DNA of 64,000 bases from Anaerolineae bacterium (GCA_963675785.1 OY776562.1:1088001-1152000); one strand, 5' to 3'. Positions 18,154 through 27,824 are shown, counted from the stretch's first letter. Numbers and translations: made by a program. The notes: a model not told the origin generated them from the letters alone.

Positions 18154-19935
18154 ATGTTTTCGGCGGATCAACTGGTTGTTTGGCTACCCATAGCTGTTGC
18201 TCTCTTGTTGATTAATGGCATGATGTTCTTTCAGGTATGGCGCTCCCGTTCTCTGTGCTGGCGCTATGCGGGGGGGCGTCGGTTACTTGTCGACGTTCTT
18301 TTGGCGGATATTTGGGCGATGTGTGAACTGGGCATGTTATATGCCCATACGCTGACAACCGCCTTGTTTTTCTATCGATTGAATCTATGTATTGTTGCCA
18401 TCATCCCCATCATATGGCTCTCGACACTTCTTCCAGGCGAAAAATGGACCTTGAACAAATACCAGATATTGGTGCTTGTTAGCCTGGTGCCGATGACCAC
18501 AGTTGTGCTGGCTCTTACGAGCGATTATCACGATATGCTTATTGTCACCAGTACCTTTGCGCACATCAGCAGTCGTGCTAGTCTGGTGATTTCGCACGGC
18601 CCTTGGTTTCAAATCCACACAATTTACACATACCTGATATCTGCCTGGGTACTCGTACTCTCAGTAGTGCGTGCCCGTTCAAAAAACCATCTTCCCAAGG
18701 GAGTTCCGCTAGCCATCCAGGTTGCTGGCTTGATTTTGTTGGCTTTGTCCATCCCCTTTGTCGCTTCTGTTAGCGGCGTCCTCCCCCCTCTTACGGTTTC
18801 ACTTTGTGTGATCGCCTTTTGGTTTATTGCGTATGCATCATACGCTATGCAATCTGGTGATATACGACGTGCTGCCGAGGATGTTCTGGTTTCTGCGCTC
18901 CCTGATGCCCTTTTGGCAATCGACCAGGATGGACTTGTGCTTGATATGAACGCCAATGCGGAAGCCATTACAGGAGTCAGATTGGCTTATGCTCTGGGAC
19001 GACCAGCTACGCAGGTGTTTTCCATACAGCCCGAACTTGTTGCTGCGATAAAGGACGGTACTTTTTCCCGTGGAAGGCGCCTTGCGTTGGGCAGTGCCTA
19101 TTATGAGATTGCCTTTGTAGGCAAAGAGGAATTAGGGCCTGATTGCACTCTATATGCACTGACTGACGTAACGAACCAGGTTCATATTCAGCAAGAGCAA
19201 CGGCAATCCCAGGCCATGCTGCGAGCCTTTCTCGATCAATCGAGCGAAGCGATTGCCATTCTCGATGAGACGGCTACAGTCATTAGTTGGAACCCCGCCA
19301 TGGCACTTCTAACGGGCATCAGTGTGGTCAGTGCTTGCGGGCAACCTTTTGGTCTCATCTATGCTGATCTTGTGGCCACAGCTCACTCAGGTGGCCAGGA
19401 ATATCAAGAACTCTTGGCCTCTCTCAAGGGGCAGAATGCCGATGCTTTGCAAGTTGAACACGAGATTCGAGGCGCCGATGGGCGCATCCATTTCTTACAG
19501 ACAGGCGTGTTCCGTTTCGATACCCCGGTGGGTGTGCGCATAGCGCACATTAGTATCGATATTACGGATATCCGGGCTGCACAAAAGCACCGCGAAATTC
19601 TATTACAGGATTTGGAGCGGGCCAGTCATGAGCTAGACCGCTTGCGCAAGATGTTGCCGGTGTGTGCGTGGTGTGGGAACGTGCGTGATGACGAAGGTTA
19701 TTGGAAAAGCGTTGAGGAATACGTATCCAGCCGATTTGGTGCAACGGTAAGCCTGAGCATTTGTCCCGAGTGCCAGGCGGCTATCCGTAAGGCGCTGGAA
19801 AAGAACGATGATGGCAACATTGAGCAGGCTCTGTTGGCAGCCGACATTCACCCACGCTTTGAAATCACCGAATCTGCACTGACCGATGCACTGACCTTGG
19901 CTGGATTATTGCCACGGAAAGATCCTACTTCCTAA
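18154..19935 (+). CDS. Paralogous membrane sensor-like protein: HisKA_7TM-like, two PAS, C-terminal 4-Cys module
   Basis: ALTSDYH and HGPWFQIH (HisKA_7TM-like), PAS (DMNANAEAITG, SWNPAMALLTG), MLPVCAWCGNVRDDEGYW...SLSICPEC. Confidence 0.78.
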   Translation: MFSADQLVVWLPIAVALLLINGMMFFQVWRSRSLCWRYAGGRRLLVDVLLADIWAMCELGMLYAHTLTTALFFYRLNLCIVAIIPIIWLSTLLPGEKWTLNKYQILVLVSLVPMTTVVLALTSDYHDMLIVTSTFAHISSRASLVISHGPWFQIHTIYTYLISAWVLVLSVVRARSKNHLPKGVPLAIQVAGLILLALSIPFVASVSGVLPPLTVSLCVIAFWFIAYASYAMQSGDIRRAAEDVLVSALPDALLAIDQDGLVLDMNANAEAITGVRLAYALGRPATQVFSIQPELVAAIKDGTFSRGRRLALGSAYYEIAFVGKEELGPDCTLYALTDVTNQVHIQQEQRQSQAMLRAFLDQSSEAIAILDETATVISWNPAMALLTGISVVSACGQPFGLIYADLVATAHSGGQEYQELLASLKGQNADALQVEHEIRGADGRIHFLQTGVFRFDTPVGVRIAHISIDITDIRAAQKHREILLQDLERASHELDRLRKMLPVCAWCGNVRDDEGYWKSVEEYVSSRFGATVSLSICPECQAAIRKALEKNDDGNIEQALLAADIHPRFEITESALTDALTLAGLLPRKDPTS

Positions 19936-20013
19936 AGGCGACAATCTCTCCCTTTTCCTTAACTCCGAGTGCTATTATACTGATGGCAAGGATAGTTTTC
20001 GGGGAGGACGCAC

Positions 20014-20544
20014 ATGGAGCTTGAGGGCAAAGCAATTACCCTGGGAACACTTGAGCGCCAGGACTGCCAAGAACTCTGGCGTTCGTACGAACCGCTCGAC
20101 CCTCCTACTGAACCCTTTAGGATGGGGTTGTCTTGCGAGTGCGCGAACGATTGGTTTGATGACATTCAGCAAAAGCAGGGCACGGCGCAGCTCTACCTCG
20201 GCATATTTGTCAAAGAGAGGGCGGTGGGTGATATTCAACTGGCTGAAATCAACTGGGTGAATCGTTCTGCGTCTTTGGGAATGAGTATCGCGCGCCATCA
20301 GGATCGTCGACAGGGCTATGGGACAGAAGCAGCTCGCCTGATTCTCAAATATGGCTTTGATCACCTTGGCCTTTATCGCGTTACTGCATCCATCGTCGAA
20401 TTCAACATGGGCATGGAACACGTTCTTTTGCGTTGTGGATTCACACGAGAGGGGCGCCAGCGCCAAGAAATATGGCGCAGTGGACGACGCTGGGACCGCT
20501 TGCTCTATGGCTTGATTTGTTCCGAGTTTCGGATGACTGACTAG
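20014..20544 (+). CDS. GNAT N-acetyltransferase, RimJ/RimL-like
   Basis: RRQGYGTEA, GFTREGRQR; GGAGG RBS. Confidence 0.88.
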   Translation: MELEGKAITLGTLERQDCQELWRSYEPLDPPTEPFRMGLSCECANDWFDDIQQKQGTAQLYLGIFVKERAVGDIQLAEINWVNRSASLGMSIARHQDRRQGYGTEAARLILKYGFDHLGLYRVTASIVEFNMGMEHVLLRCGFTREGRQRQEIWRSGRRWDRLLYGLICSEFRMTD

Positions 20545-20625
20545 AGAGCTAACTCGCCGGGGACAAAGTACACCCCGATACACATGTCGAACACCCATCT
20601 ATTCGTTGTTGATTTGGAGAAGACT

Positions 20626-22389
20626 ATGGTAAAGAGAAGTGAGTATCCCCGTCCGCAATTCGTTCGTGAGAACTGGCTGAATTTGAACGGCACCTGGGAG
20701 TTTGAGATTGATCACGGGGCTTCTGGCGAAGAGCGCCAGCTTTTTTCCGCCGATCACCTCGACGACCATATTGAGGTGCCTTTTTGCCCCGAGAGCAAAC
20801 TTTCGGGCGTAGGCTATACGGATTTCATGGCTTCGGTATGGTATCGTCGGACCTTCGAGATTCCCGAAGAATGGGCTGGCAAGCGCGTCTTGTTGCATTT
20901 TGGCGCTGTAGACTATGACTGCTCTGCCTGGATCAACGGTATCAAGATAGGCACACATCAGGGGGGCTCTTCTTCGTTTACATTCGAAATCACTCAGGCA
21001 CTTCAAGCGGGCAAGAATGTTATCGTTGTCAATGCCTTGGATGATACCCGTTCCATGCTTCAGCCCCTGGGTAAACAATCCTTTGATTATTCTTCCCACA
21101 ACTGCAATTACACACGCACAACAGGCATTTGGCAGACGGTTTGGTTGGAGGCTGTTCCTGCAACGTACATGGAAAGACCTCGCCTTACGCCAGATCTGGA
21201 CAACGGTAGCCTGCACATTGAGCAGCGTATCACTGGGCCGGCAGACGGGCTTAGGCTAGAGGCCCGTGCCTTTGCAGATGGCAAACTGGTTGCTACGGGA
21301 ATTTGCTGGGTGAGTGGCGGCTGGGGACGACTGACACTCAAGATCGAGGAGATCCGTGCCTGGTCTCCCCAGGACCCCTTCCTCTATGATCTTAATCTCA
21401 AGCTAGTGCGCGACACTGGAGACGAGCAGGCTTTGCTGGATTCGGCCTATGCCTACTTTGGTCTGCGTTCGGTAGATATCAGAGGATTGGCCGTCCTGTT
21501 GAACGGTGAACCGGTTTTCCAGCGGCTTGTGCTGGATCAGGGTTTTTATCCTGATGGCATTTGGACCGCCCCGAGCGATGATGAATTGCGTCTTGATGTA
21601 GAGCGTGGCCTGGCTATGGGCTTTAACGGCGCTCGCCTTCACCAAAAGGTATTTGAGGAGCGTTATTTGTACTGGTGTGATTGCCTGGGGTATCTGGTGT
21701 GGGGAGAATATCCCTCTTGGGGAGTTGACGTCACGCTGCCCGAGGCCACGTTACGTTATGCCACCGAGTGGCAGGACATCATGGAGCGCGATTATAACCA
21801 TCCTGCAATCGTGGGGTGGTGCCCGTTCAACGAGACCATCGATCGGCGAATTCACTATGTGGATATGAACCCCCATGATGCGCGCTCAGTGCGGCTCCTT
21901 TATGAGATGACCAAACGCTATGACATGACTCGCCCGGTTGTGGACGCATCGGGCTATACCCATGTGATTACCGACCTCTTTGATGTGCACGATTATGACC
22001 AGAATCCGGCTACCTTTGCCGAGCGGTATCGTCCACTGGCTGAAGGTGGGGAAGCATTTGTGCGCTTCCCGGAGGTTTCTTCTCCCTATATGGGGCAGCC
22101 TTATTGGGTCAGTGAATACGGCGGAATTTGGTGGGACCCCGCGCAGGCGGCAGAGGGCTGGGGTTACGGCGAACGACCAACTAGTGAGACAGAGTTTATC
22201 GAGCGCTACCGTGGATTGACAGAGGCCTTGCTCAACCATCCGGCGATGTGTGCCTTTTGCTATACACAGCTTACTGATGTAGAGCAAGAGGTGAACGGCC
22301 TCTATACTTATGATCGCAAGCCCAAGTTCGATCCAGAAATCATTCGTGCGATCAATGCACAGCCAGCAGCCATAGAGAAGAAAGCGTAA
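20626..22389 (+). CDS. Glycoside hydrolase family 2 (beta-galactosidase/glucuronidase-like)
   Basis: YPRPQ, LHFGAVD, GIWQTVWLE, LDQGFYPDG, FNE acid/base, SEYGG nucleophile, YTQLTDVEQEVNG. Confidence 0.92.
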   Translation: MVKRSEYPRPQFVRENWLNLNGTWEFEIDHGASGEERQLFSADHLDDHIEVPFCPESKLSGVGYTDFMASVWYRRTFEIPEEWAGKRVLLHFGAVDYDCSAWINGIKIGTHQGGSSSFTFEITQALQAGKNVIVVNALDDTRSMLQPLGKQSFDYSSHNCNYTRTTGIWQTVWLEAVPATYMERPRLTPDLDNGSLHIEQRITGPADGLRLEARAFADGKLVATGICWVSGGWGRLTLKIEEIRAWSPQDPFLYDLNLKLVRDTGDEQALLDSAYAYFGLRSVDIRGLAVLLNGEPVFQRLVLDQGFYPDGIWTAPSDDELRLDVERGLAMGFNGARLHQKVFEERYLYWCDCLGYLVWGEYPSWGVDVTLPEATLRYATEWQDIMERDYNHPAIVGWCPFNETIDRRIHYVDMNPHDARSVRLLYEMTKRYDMTRPVVDASGYTHVITDLFDVHDYDQNPATFAERYRPLAEGGEAFVRFPEVSSPYMGQPYWVSEYGGIWWDPAQAAEGWGYGERPTSETEFIERYRGLTEALLNHPAMCAFCYTQLTDVEQEVNGLYTYDRKPKFDPEIIRAINAQPAAIEKKA

Positions 22390-22396
22390 TAGTGAC

Positions 22397-22433
22397 GAGC
22401 GGAACGCATGTCTGTGTTCCGCTCTCTATTTTT
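22397..22433 (+). terminator. Intrinsic terminator-like hairpin
   Basis: GAGCGGAACGCA-TGTC-TGTGTTCCGCTC followed by TCTATTTTT. Confidence 0.6.
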
Positions 22434-22444
22434 CGAGGTGAGAC

Positions 22445-24115
22445 GTGGCCAAAAGTTCTGATTTGCTGCGTCGAGAGTATTTCAAGCACAAAAGCAGGCG
22501 TAGAACCAGGCAATTTCGAACCCGCGATGCGCTTGGCACACAGTTCGATTATGAAGCCGAGCTCCTCTTGCGTCAGCTTGCCGAAGCTACGCCTGTTTTG
22601 CTGTGGATACGGCGCGTGGACCAGGAGCGCGTGCTCTATGTGAATGATGCTTACGAGCGCGTAACGGGACTTGCAGCCGACGATCTCTACAGCGACCAGT
22701 CGGCCTGTTTGGCTGCTATCCTACCGGAAGATCGCGATATCGCACGTGTTGCCCTTGTGACGCCCAGCACTGCAGGCATACAGGGTAGTATGCGGGTGTT
22801 GACTGTCGATAACGGCGTGTGCTGGTATTCGGTGAACGTATATCGCGTCATGGATCCCGACGATGGGGTTGAGCTGGATATAGGTCTCGCCATTGATGTC
22901 ACCCAAGTGCACGAACAAGAAGAAAAAGTTAAACTACGAAATCGTGAACTCTCTCTGCTCAACGAGGTGGCGGCACATTTGGGTGGGCTCATCAGTGCTG
23001 AGGAGGTCTACAGCGCTATCGAAAACCTCGTGCGGGATCAGATGGACATCTCTTCCGGCCTGGTACTGCGGTGCGTCTATCCTGATCTTCTCGAGTTGGC
23101 CTATCAGTGGGGTTTTTCACAAGTTGAGACAACCCAGATACACACTCAAATTGATTCGGTTGATGCAGAACTGGCGCGCGAGTTTTTGATGGATCCCAAT
23201 CCCATAACCTTACGCGTTGCCGAGCATCAGTTTCTTCGCAATCTAGTCCCAAGCCATAACACGGCTACTCGCGATATTGTCACGGCAGTGCCCATCATCG
23301 CGCCAAGCAATGAACTGGCTGGTTTGATTATGTTCTTCAGCGATCAAGAGATCGACAATGATCATTCGCCCACTCCCTTTTACGAGCTTTTGGGGCGCCA
23401 AATGGGCGTAGCACTGGAGACTGCCTCTCTCTTTGATAATGTTCGTCAGCAGCGCTCGCGCTTGCAGACGCTTTCGCGCAAGCTGGTGAATATTCAGGAG
23501 AGCGAAAGGCGTGTCATCGCTTTAGAGCTGCATGATGAGGCCGGGCAGGCGCTTACGGCTATTCGGGTCAAGCTCTCACTGTTGCAAGAAGAACTGGATC
23601 ATGAGCAAGACAAGCAGCGGGTGCAAGAAGTGATTGATTTGACCTATGATGTGTTGGAATCGCTTCGTAGCCTCGCGACTGGTTTGCGCCCCGCTGCATT
23701 GGATAGGGCCGGCCTGGCGCCTGTGCTGCGTGAGTATGTCGAATCCTTTGCCGAACGCGAACGGATTGTTGGCGGTTTCGATTCCAGTTTGGGTGATGCT
23801 GTGCTTCCGTCCATAACAGAGATCGTGCTTTATCGCATCGCACAAGAGGCGCTAACGAATGTTTCCCGCCATGCCCGCGCGCGGCGTGTCGATGTTCTAC
23901 TTCGTGCCCGTAAAGGATCCATTGTGCTCATAATCGAGGATGACGGCGTAGGTTTTGACCCTTCCTCTATACAGCAGGAAGGACACTTGGGCTTGTTGAG
24001 CATGCAAGAACGGGCCGAGATGGTGGGCGGCAGGCTCAAGATAGAAACGCAACCCGGTGCGGGGACGACGATCATAGCGGAGGTTCCCATTGCCGATTCA
24101 AGTAGTTCTGGCTGA
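22445..24115 (+). CDS. Cytoplasmic PAS/GAF sensor histidine kinase (HisKA_3, NreB/UhpB-like)
   Basis: ERRVIALELHDEAGQ H-box, QEALTNVSRHA N-box, DDGVGF, GLLSMQERA; no TM segment. Confidence 0.93.
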   Translation: MAKSSDLLRREYFKHKSRRRTRQFRTRDALGTQFDYEAELLLRQLAEATPVLLWIRRVDQERVLYVNDAYERVTGLAADDLYSDQSACLAAILPEDRDIARVALVTPSTAGIQGSMRVLTVDNGVCWYSVNVYRVMDPDDGVELDIGLAIDVTQVHEQEEKVKLRNRELSLLNEVAAHLGGLISAEEVYSAIENLVRDQMDISSGLVLRCVYPDLLELAYQWGFSQVETTQIHTQIDSVDAELAREFLMDPNPITLRVAEHQFLRNLVPSHNTATRDIVTAVPIIAPSNELAGLIMFFSDQEIDNDHSPTPFYELLGRQMGVALETASLFDNVRQQRSRLQTLSRKLVNIQESERRVIALELHDEAGQALTAIRVKLSLLQEELDHEQDKQRVQEVIDLTYDVLESLRSLATGLRPAALDRAGLAPVLREYVESFAERERIVGGFDSSLGDAVLPSITEIVLYRIAQEALTNVSRHARARRVDVLLRARKGSIVLIIEDDGVGFDPSSIQQEGHLGLLSMQERAEMVGGRLKIETQPGAGTTIIAEVPIADSSSSG

Positions 24116-24740
24116 TGACCATGGCGTACTCCGTGCGGGGCTAAAGGCTTTGCTCGAGGCTCACCCGGATATTGATGTTGTGGGCGAAGCTTCTACAACG
24201 GATGAGGCTTTCAACGAGATCATACGAACTCAGCCAGATATCGCCCTGGTTGATATCGGCATGCCCGGAGAAGGAGGCATTGCCCTGACTCGTCGTGTCG
24301 TCGAGTCAGGCATCGATACGCGCGTATTGATACTAACTTTGCATGAAGATGTAACGCTGATGAAAGCAGCTCTATCTGCTGGCGCCAAGGGCTATATCGT
24401 CAAACGGGCTGTGGATTCCGAGCTTTTGGATGCGATCCGCGCTGTAGATTGCGGCCAGATTTACGTACATCCCCTTATGACCAGCGCTCTGCTAGAGTTC
24501 ATGGATGTGCCCATCGGAGGAACCAGCAATTGTCAAGAACCAGTCGAGAGCCTGACACCGCGCGAAGAAAAGATACTTGGTTTGATCGCCGAGGGCTATA
24601 CGAATCGGGAGATTGCCGAGATTCTGGACATCAGTGTGAGGACTGTGGAAACCCACCGAGCAAACCTGTGTGACAAGCTGGGGACGAATAGCCGGGTTGA
24701 GCTGGTGCGCTACGCTCGGGAGCACGGGTTGATAACCTAG
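24090..24740 (+). CDS. NarL/LuxR family response regulator
   Basis: ADDH, VDIGMP receiver, LTPRE...SVRTVETHR HTH; overlaps kinase stop. Confidence 0.95.
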   Translation: MPIQVVLADDHGVLRAGLKALLEAHPDIDVVGEASTTDEAFNEIIRTQPDIALVDIGMPGEGGIALTRRVVESGIDTRVLILTLHEDVTLMKAALSAGAKGYIVKRAVDSELLDAIRAVDCGQIYVHPLMTSALLEFMDVPIGGTSNCQEPVESLTPREEKILGLIAEGYTNREIAEILDISVRTVETHRANLCDKLGTNSRVELVRYAREHGLIT

Positions 24741-24750
24741 CAACTCTTGT

Positions 24751-24791
24751 ACAAAGAGGGCATACGTAGTTTCTACGTATGCCCTCTTTGT
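24751..24791 (+). terminator. Perfect 19-bp stem hairpin (terminator and/or operator)
   Basis: ACAAAGAGGGCATACGTAG-TTT-CTACGTATGCCCTCTTTGT. Confidence 0.65.
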
Positions 24792-24899
24792 TGTTCTACG
24801 TACTCAATCTCATTATTCTTGATGAAATTTTGCAGTGAACTACCCTTATGCCCATTCTGCCGTGCTGCTATATTAGTGACAATGGGAATGGATGTGCGA

Positions 24900-25148
24900 A
24901 TGCCGGGCTCAAAGAGTTTAGAAGAACGCGTTCAGGAACAACTAGAGATTTGGGAACAAGAGATTGCGCAGCTCCGATCTCATCAGTTGCCTTCTGAACC
25001 TCTGGCAACGCGATACATGCAAACATGGCGCATTCGTCGCTCAACACTTTTTAGGCATGTGTTGCTTTGTATCGGCCGATGGTTTGTGCATCTATACGGC
25101 GTTGTATTTCCAGGACGAAGAAGGAGAAGGTTACATGGCAGCCTCTAA
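24900..25148 (+). CDS. Small hypothetical protein with N-terminal coiled coil
   Basis: MPGSKSLEERVQEQLEIWEQEIAQLRS has heptad character; overlaps the start of the radical SAM gene by 14 nt; RBS weak. Confidence 0.4.
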   Translation: MPGSKSLEERVQEQLEIWEQEIAQLRSHQLPSEPLATRYMQTWRIRRSTLFRHVLLCIGRWFVHLYGVVFPGRRRRRLHGSL

Positions 25149-26658
25149 GGTTACAGAGCTGGTACGAACAGGCAATGCGATCATTATCGATGGGGAGGAG
25201 ATGCTTCCACGACAGCGTCCCCAGCTCTCCAAGCGTGATATGGGGTTGTTGAATTATGCAGCAGAGCACGCCGTATCACTTGCCCATAACAGGCGTTTAC
25301 GAACGATTGTTTTGAACAATGTCAAAGAGCGTCTTGCGAATCCAGCGCAGCCTTCTCCACGTTCTCAAGGTGTCACAGAAGATCGACAGGCATTCAGTCA
25401 AGCCATTATGGCCACCGTCGAGCGAGCGCTTGAGAATGAGCGCCTTTCGGATGCCTATATCGATCGTCTTGCCAGCGTGCTCCTGATTGAACAATTGGTC
25501 AAAGGTGGAGACTGGGAGGCGCGAGAGAAATTCCAGCAAGAACGTGGTTGCAACCCTCCTGGTTTTATGGTGATTAGCCCTTGTAAGCAGTGCAATTTGC
25601 AGTGCGCGGGTTGTTATGCCAGTTCGACCGCTCCTGACAAGAACAAATTGAGCTGGGATGTGTTTGATCGGGCTCTGACCGAAATCCACGATCTCTGGGG
25701 TATAAAATTCGTGGTCGTCAGTGGTGGTGAACCCATGATGTATCGTGACCAGGGGCGTGATCTGATTGATATGGCTCAGGCCCATCCCGGACTGTTCTTT
25801 ATGTTCTATACCAATGGAACGTTGATAGGCGATGAAGAGGCAAAAAGAATGGCCTCTGTTGGAAACCTGATACCCTGCATCTCGATTGAAGGCTTTGAAG
25901 AAGCGACGGATGCTCGCCGTGGTAAAGGCACCTGGGCCAAGATCATGGCGGCCACCGATCGTCTCAATAGCGCCAAGGTTCCCTTTGGTGTCTCGATGAC
26001 AGCCACCAACCAAAACTATCAAGAACTGCTCTCTGACGAGTTACTGGATCTCTTCTTTACTGAAAAGGGCGCCATTATCGGCTGGATATTCCAGTTGATG
26101 CCCATTGGCCGAGCGGTTTCGCTAGACTTGATGCTAACGCCGGAACAGCGCCTGTGGATGTGGCAGCGAACCTGGGAGCAGATTCGCAAGCGCGGCATCT
26201 TCTTGGCAGACTTTTGGAACAGCGCGACCGTTTGCGAGGGTTGTGTGTCGGCGGGGCGGCCTGGTGGATACCTGTATATTGACTGGGATGGAAAAGTGGC
26301 CCCGTGCGTGTTCAATCCCTATTCGCCGATCAATATCAACGACGTGTACGCCAAAGAGGGCACCACCATTACCGATGCCTGGGCTGATCCCTTCTTTGAA
26401 GCCATTCGCACGTGGCAATATCGTTATGGATTCCGTGACGGCGGCAACAAGGAACCAAAGAACCTGCTGATGCCGTGTCCCATTCGCGACCACCATGCCG
26501 AAATGGTGCAGATGATCCGCGAGTATGAGCCAGACCCGGTTGATGAAGCCGCAACGGTGGCTCTTGAAGACCCAGACTATCACCGAGGTTTGGAAGAGTT
26601 TGACCGTGAGCTGGCTGCCAAGTCTGAGCCGATCTGGCGAGAAAAGTACGTTGATTAA
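25135..26658 (+). CDS. Radical SAM enzyme with SPASM/twitch-like C-terminal Cys cluster
   Basis: CNLQCAGC (CxxxCxxC), SGGEP, YTNGTLI, GCVSAG...YIDWDGKVAPCVF, MPCPIRD; ATG 25135 with AAGGAG. Confidence 0.92.
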   Translation: MAASKVTELVRTGNAIIIDGEEMLPRQRPQLSKRDMGLLNYAAEHAVSLAHNRRLRTIVLNNVKERLANPAQPSPRSQGVTEDRQAFSQAIMATVERALENERLSDAYIDRLASVLLIEQLVKGGDWEAREKFQQERGCNPPGFMVISPCKQCNLQCAGCYASSTAPDKNKLSWDVFDRALTEIHDLWGIKFVVVSGGEPMMYRDQGRDLIDMAQAHPGLFFMFYTNGTLIGDEEAKRMASVGNLIPCISIEGFEEATDARRGKGTWAKIMAATDRLNSAKVPFGVSMTATNQNYQELLSDELLDLFFTEKGAIIGWIFQLMPIGRAVSLDLMLTPEQRLWMWQRTWEQIRKRGIFLADFWNSATVCEGCVSAGRPGGYLYIDWDGKVAPCVFNPYSPININDVYAKEGTTITDAWADPFFEAIRTWQYRYGFRDGGNKEPKNLLMPCPIRDHHAEMVQMIREYEPDPVDEAATVALEDPDYHRGLEEFDRELAAKSEPIWREKYVD

Positions 26659-26680
26659 TTAGCTATCTTCCCCCCCTTGA

Positions 26681-26714
26681 GCGGGGCTGAAGGCAATGGT
26701 GCCTTCAGCCCCGC
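26681..26714 (+). terminator. GC-rich hairpin after the radical SAM gene
   Basis: GCGGGGCTGAAGGCA-ATGG-TGCCTTCAGCCCCGC perfect 15-bp stem; no U tail. Confidence 0.6.
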
Positions 26715-26782
26715 CGTCCCCTTGAACTTGGCACAAGCAGGCACGCCATACATTTGTTCACATACTGTTAACATAACCCCTC

Positions 26783-26812
26783 TTGACCCCCTTTGCATTC
26801 AGATGCTATGCT
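26783..26812 (+). promoter_or_regulatory. Sigma70-type promoter
   Basis: TTGACC-18 bp-TATGCT with extended -10 TG. Confidence 0.5.
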
Positions 26813-26844
26813 TCTTGCTAATAAACTGGTCTGGGAGAATAGCG

Positions 26845-27747
26845 ATGCTCAAAAGGCTACTTGTTCCTATCCTGCTCTTTGTCATTTTCTTAACCCTTGG
26901 CATAGTAGCCTGGCAGTCCACAGGCATGATCCTGGGACTGGTGAATTTTGGCTATCTGGGCCTGTCGTTAGGGCTCGGATTGGGACTCTATGCAACCCTG
27001 CCGCGAGAAAAAAAGCCCATTGGTCGCCGTGTTGCCCTCTTCATGGTGGGCATCTATCTGCTGGTATTCATGGGCGTCGTCGGCCGCGAGAATATCCAGA
27101 TCGAAGGCTTTTGGTTTGCCTTGATGACGGGGGTGGTGCAGGCGGGCATCATGCACTATCTCATCGCCAAGATCATTGGCCCCTTGATTTTTGGGCGGCT
27201 ATGGTGCGGTTGGGCCTGCTGGACGGCCATGGTACTGGATCTGCTGCCCTTCAAACGTCCGCAGGGGCGAGTTCGCAATCGAGGCTGGATTCGTTACGCC
27301 CATTTTGCTCTGGGCCTCGTCTTGGCTCTGGGGCTCTACTATGGCGCGGGGTTTGCGGCGGCCGCCAATAACTTGGCGGCTGTCATTTGGTTCATTGCTG
27401 GTAACGTGCTCTATTACGCTTTGGGAATTGGCCTTGCCTATGCGCTCAAGGACAATCGTGCCTTTTGCAAGTACGTTTGCCCCATCACCGCCTTGCTCAA
27501 GGTGGGCACGCACGTCTCGCTCTTGCGCGTGGGCACCGACCAGGATGCCTGCACGCAATGTGGTGCCTGTTCTCGCTCCTGCCCGATGGGTATCAATATT
27601 CCCCAGTATGTGGCTGAGGGCACGCGCGTCATGTCCACCGAATGCACCCTTTGCCAGACCTGTGTAACCACCTGTCCCCACGATGCCCTCAAGCTGAACC
27701 TGGGCCTGGATATCACCCGCAGTGAAAAACTGATCTACCGCGACTGA
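26845..27747 (+). CDS. Membrane-bound 4Fe-4S (NapH/polyferredoxin-like) protein
   Basis: GRLWCGWACW, FCKYVCP, two CxxCxxCxxxCP; TM segments; ATG 26845 with GGGAG. Confidence 0.88.
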   Translation: MLKRLLVPILLFVIFLTLGIVAWQSTGMILGLVNFGYLGLSLGLGLGLYATLPREKKPIGRRVALFMVGIYLLVFMGVVGRENIQIEGFWFALMTGVVQAGIMHYLIAKIIGPLIFGRLWCGWACWTAMVLDLLPFKRPQGRVRNRGWIRYAHFALGLVLALGLYYGAGFAAAANNLAAVIWFIAGNVLYYALGIGLAYALKDNRAFCKYVCPITALLKVGTHVSLLRVGTDQDACTQCGACSRSCPMGINIPQYVAEGTRVMSTECTLCQTCVTTCPHDALKLNLGLDITRSEKLIYRD

Positions 27748-27773
27748 CGCCGACACGGGGTTTAGATCATAAC

Positions 27774-27806
27774 AAAGAGCAGAGCCGTTCTGGCCCTGCT
27801 CTTTTG
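27774..27806. terminator. Bidirectional terminator
   Basis: AAAGAGCAG...CTGCTCTTTT between convergent genes. Confidence 0.6.
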
Positions 27807-27824
27807 TGGTATAGGGCGATGCGC

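Noticed and set aside
24747-25134. Extended starts given by the ORF track (24747 and 24964)
   Set aside because: The first runs through a terminator hairpin, and the rSAM gene has a strong AAGGAG RBS at ATG 25135.
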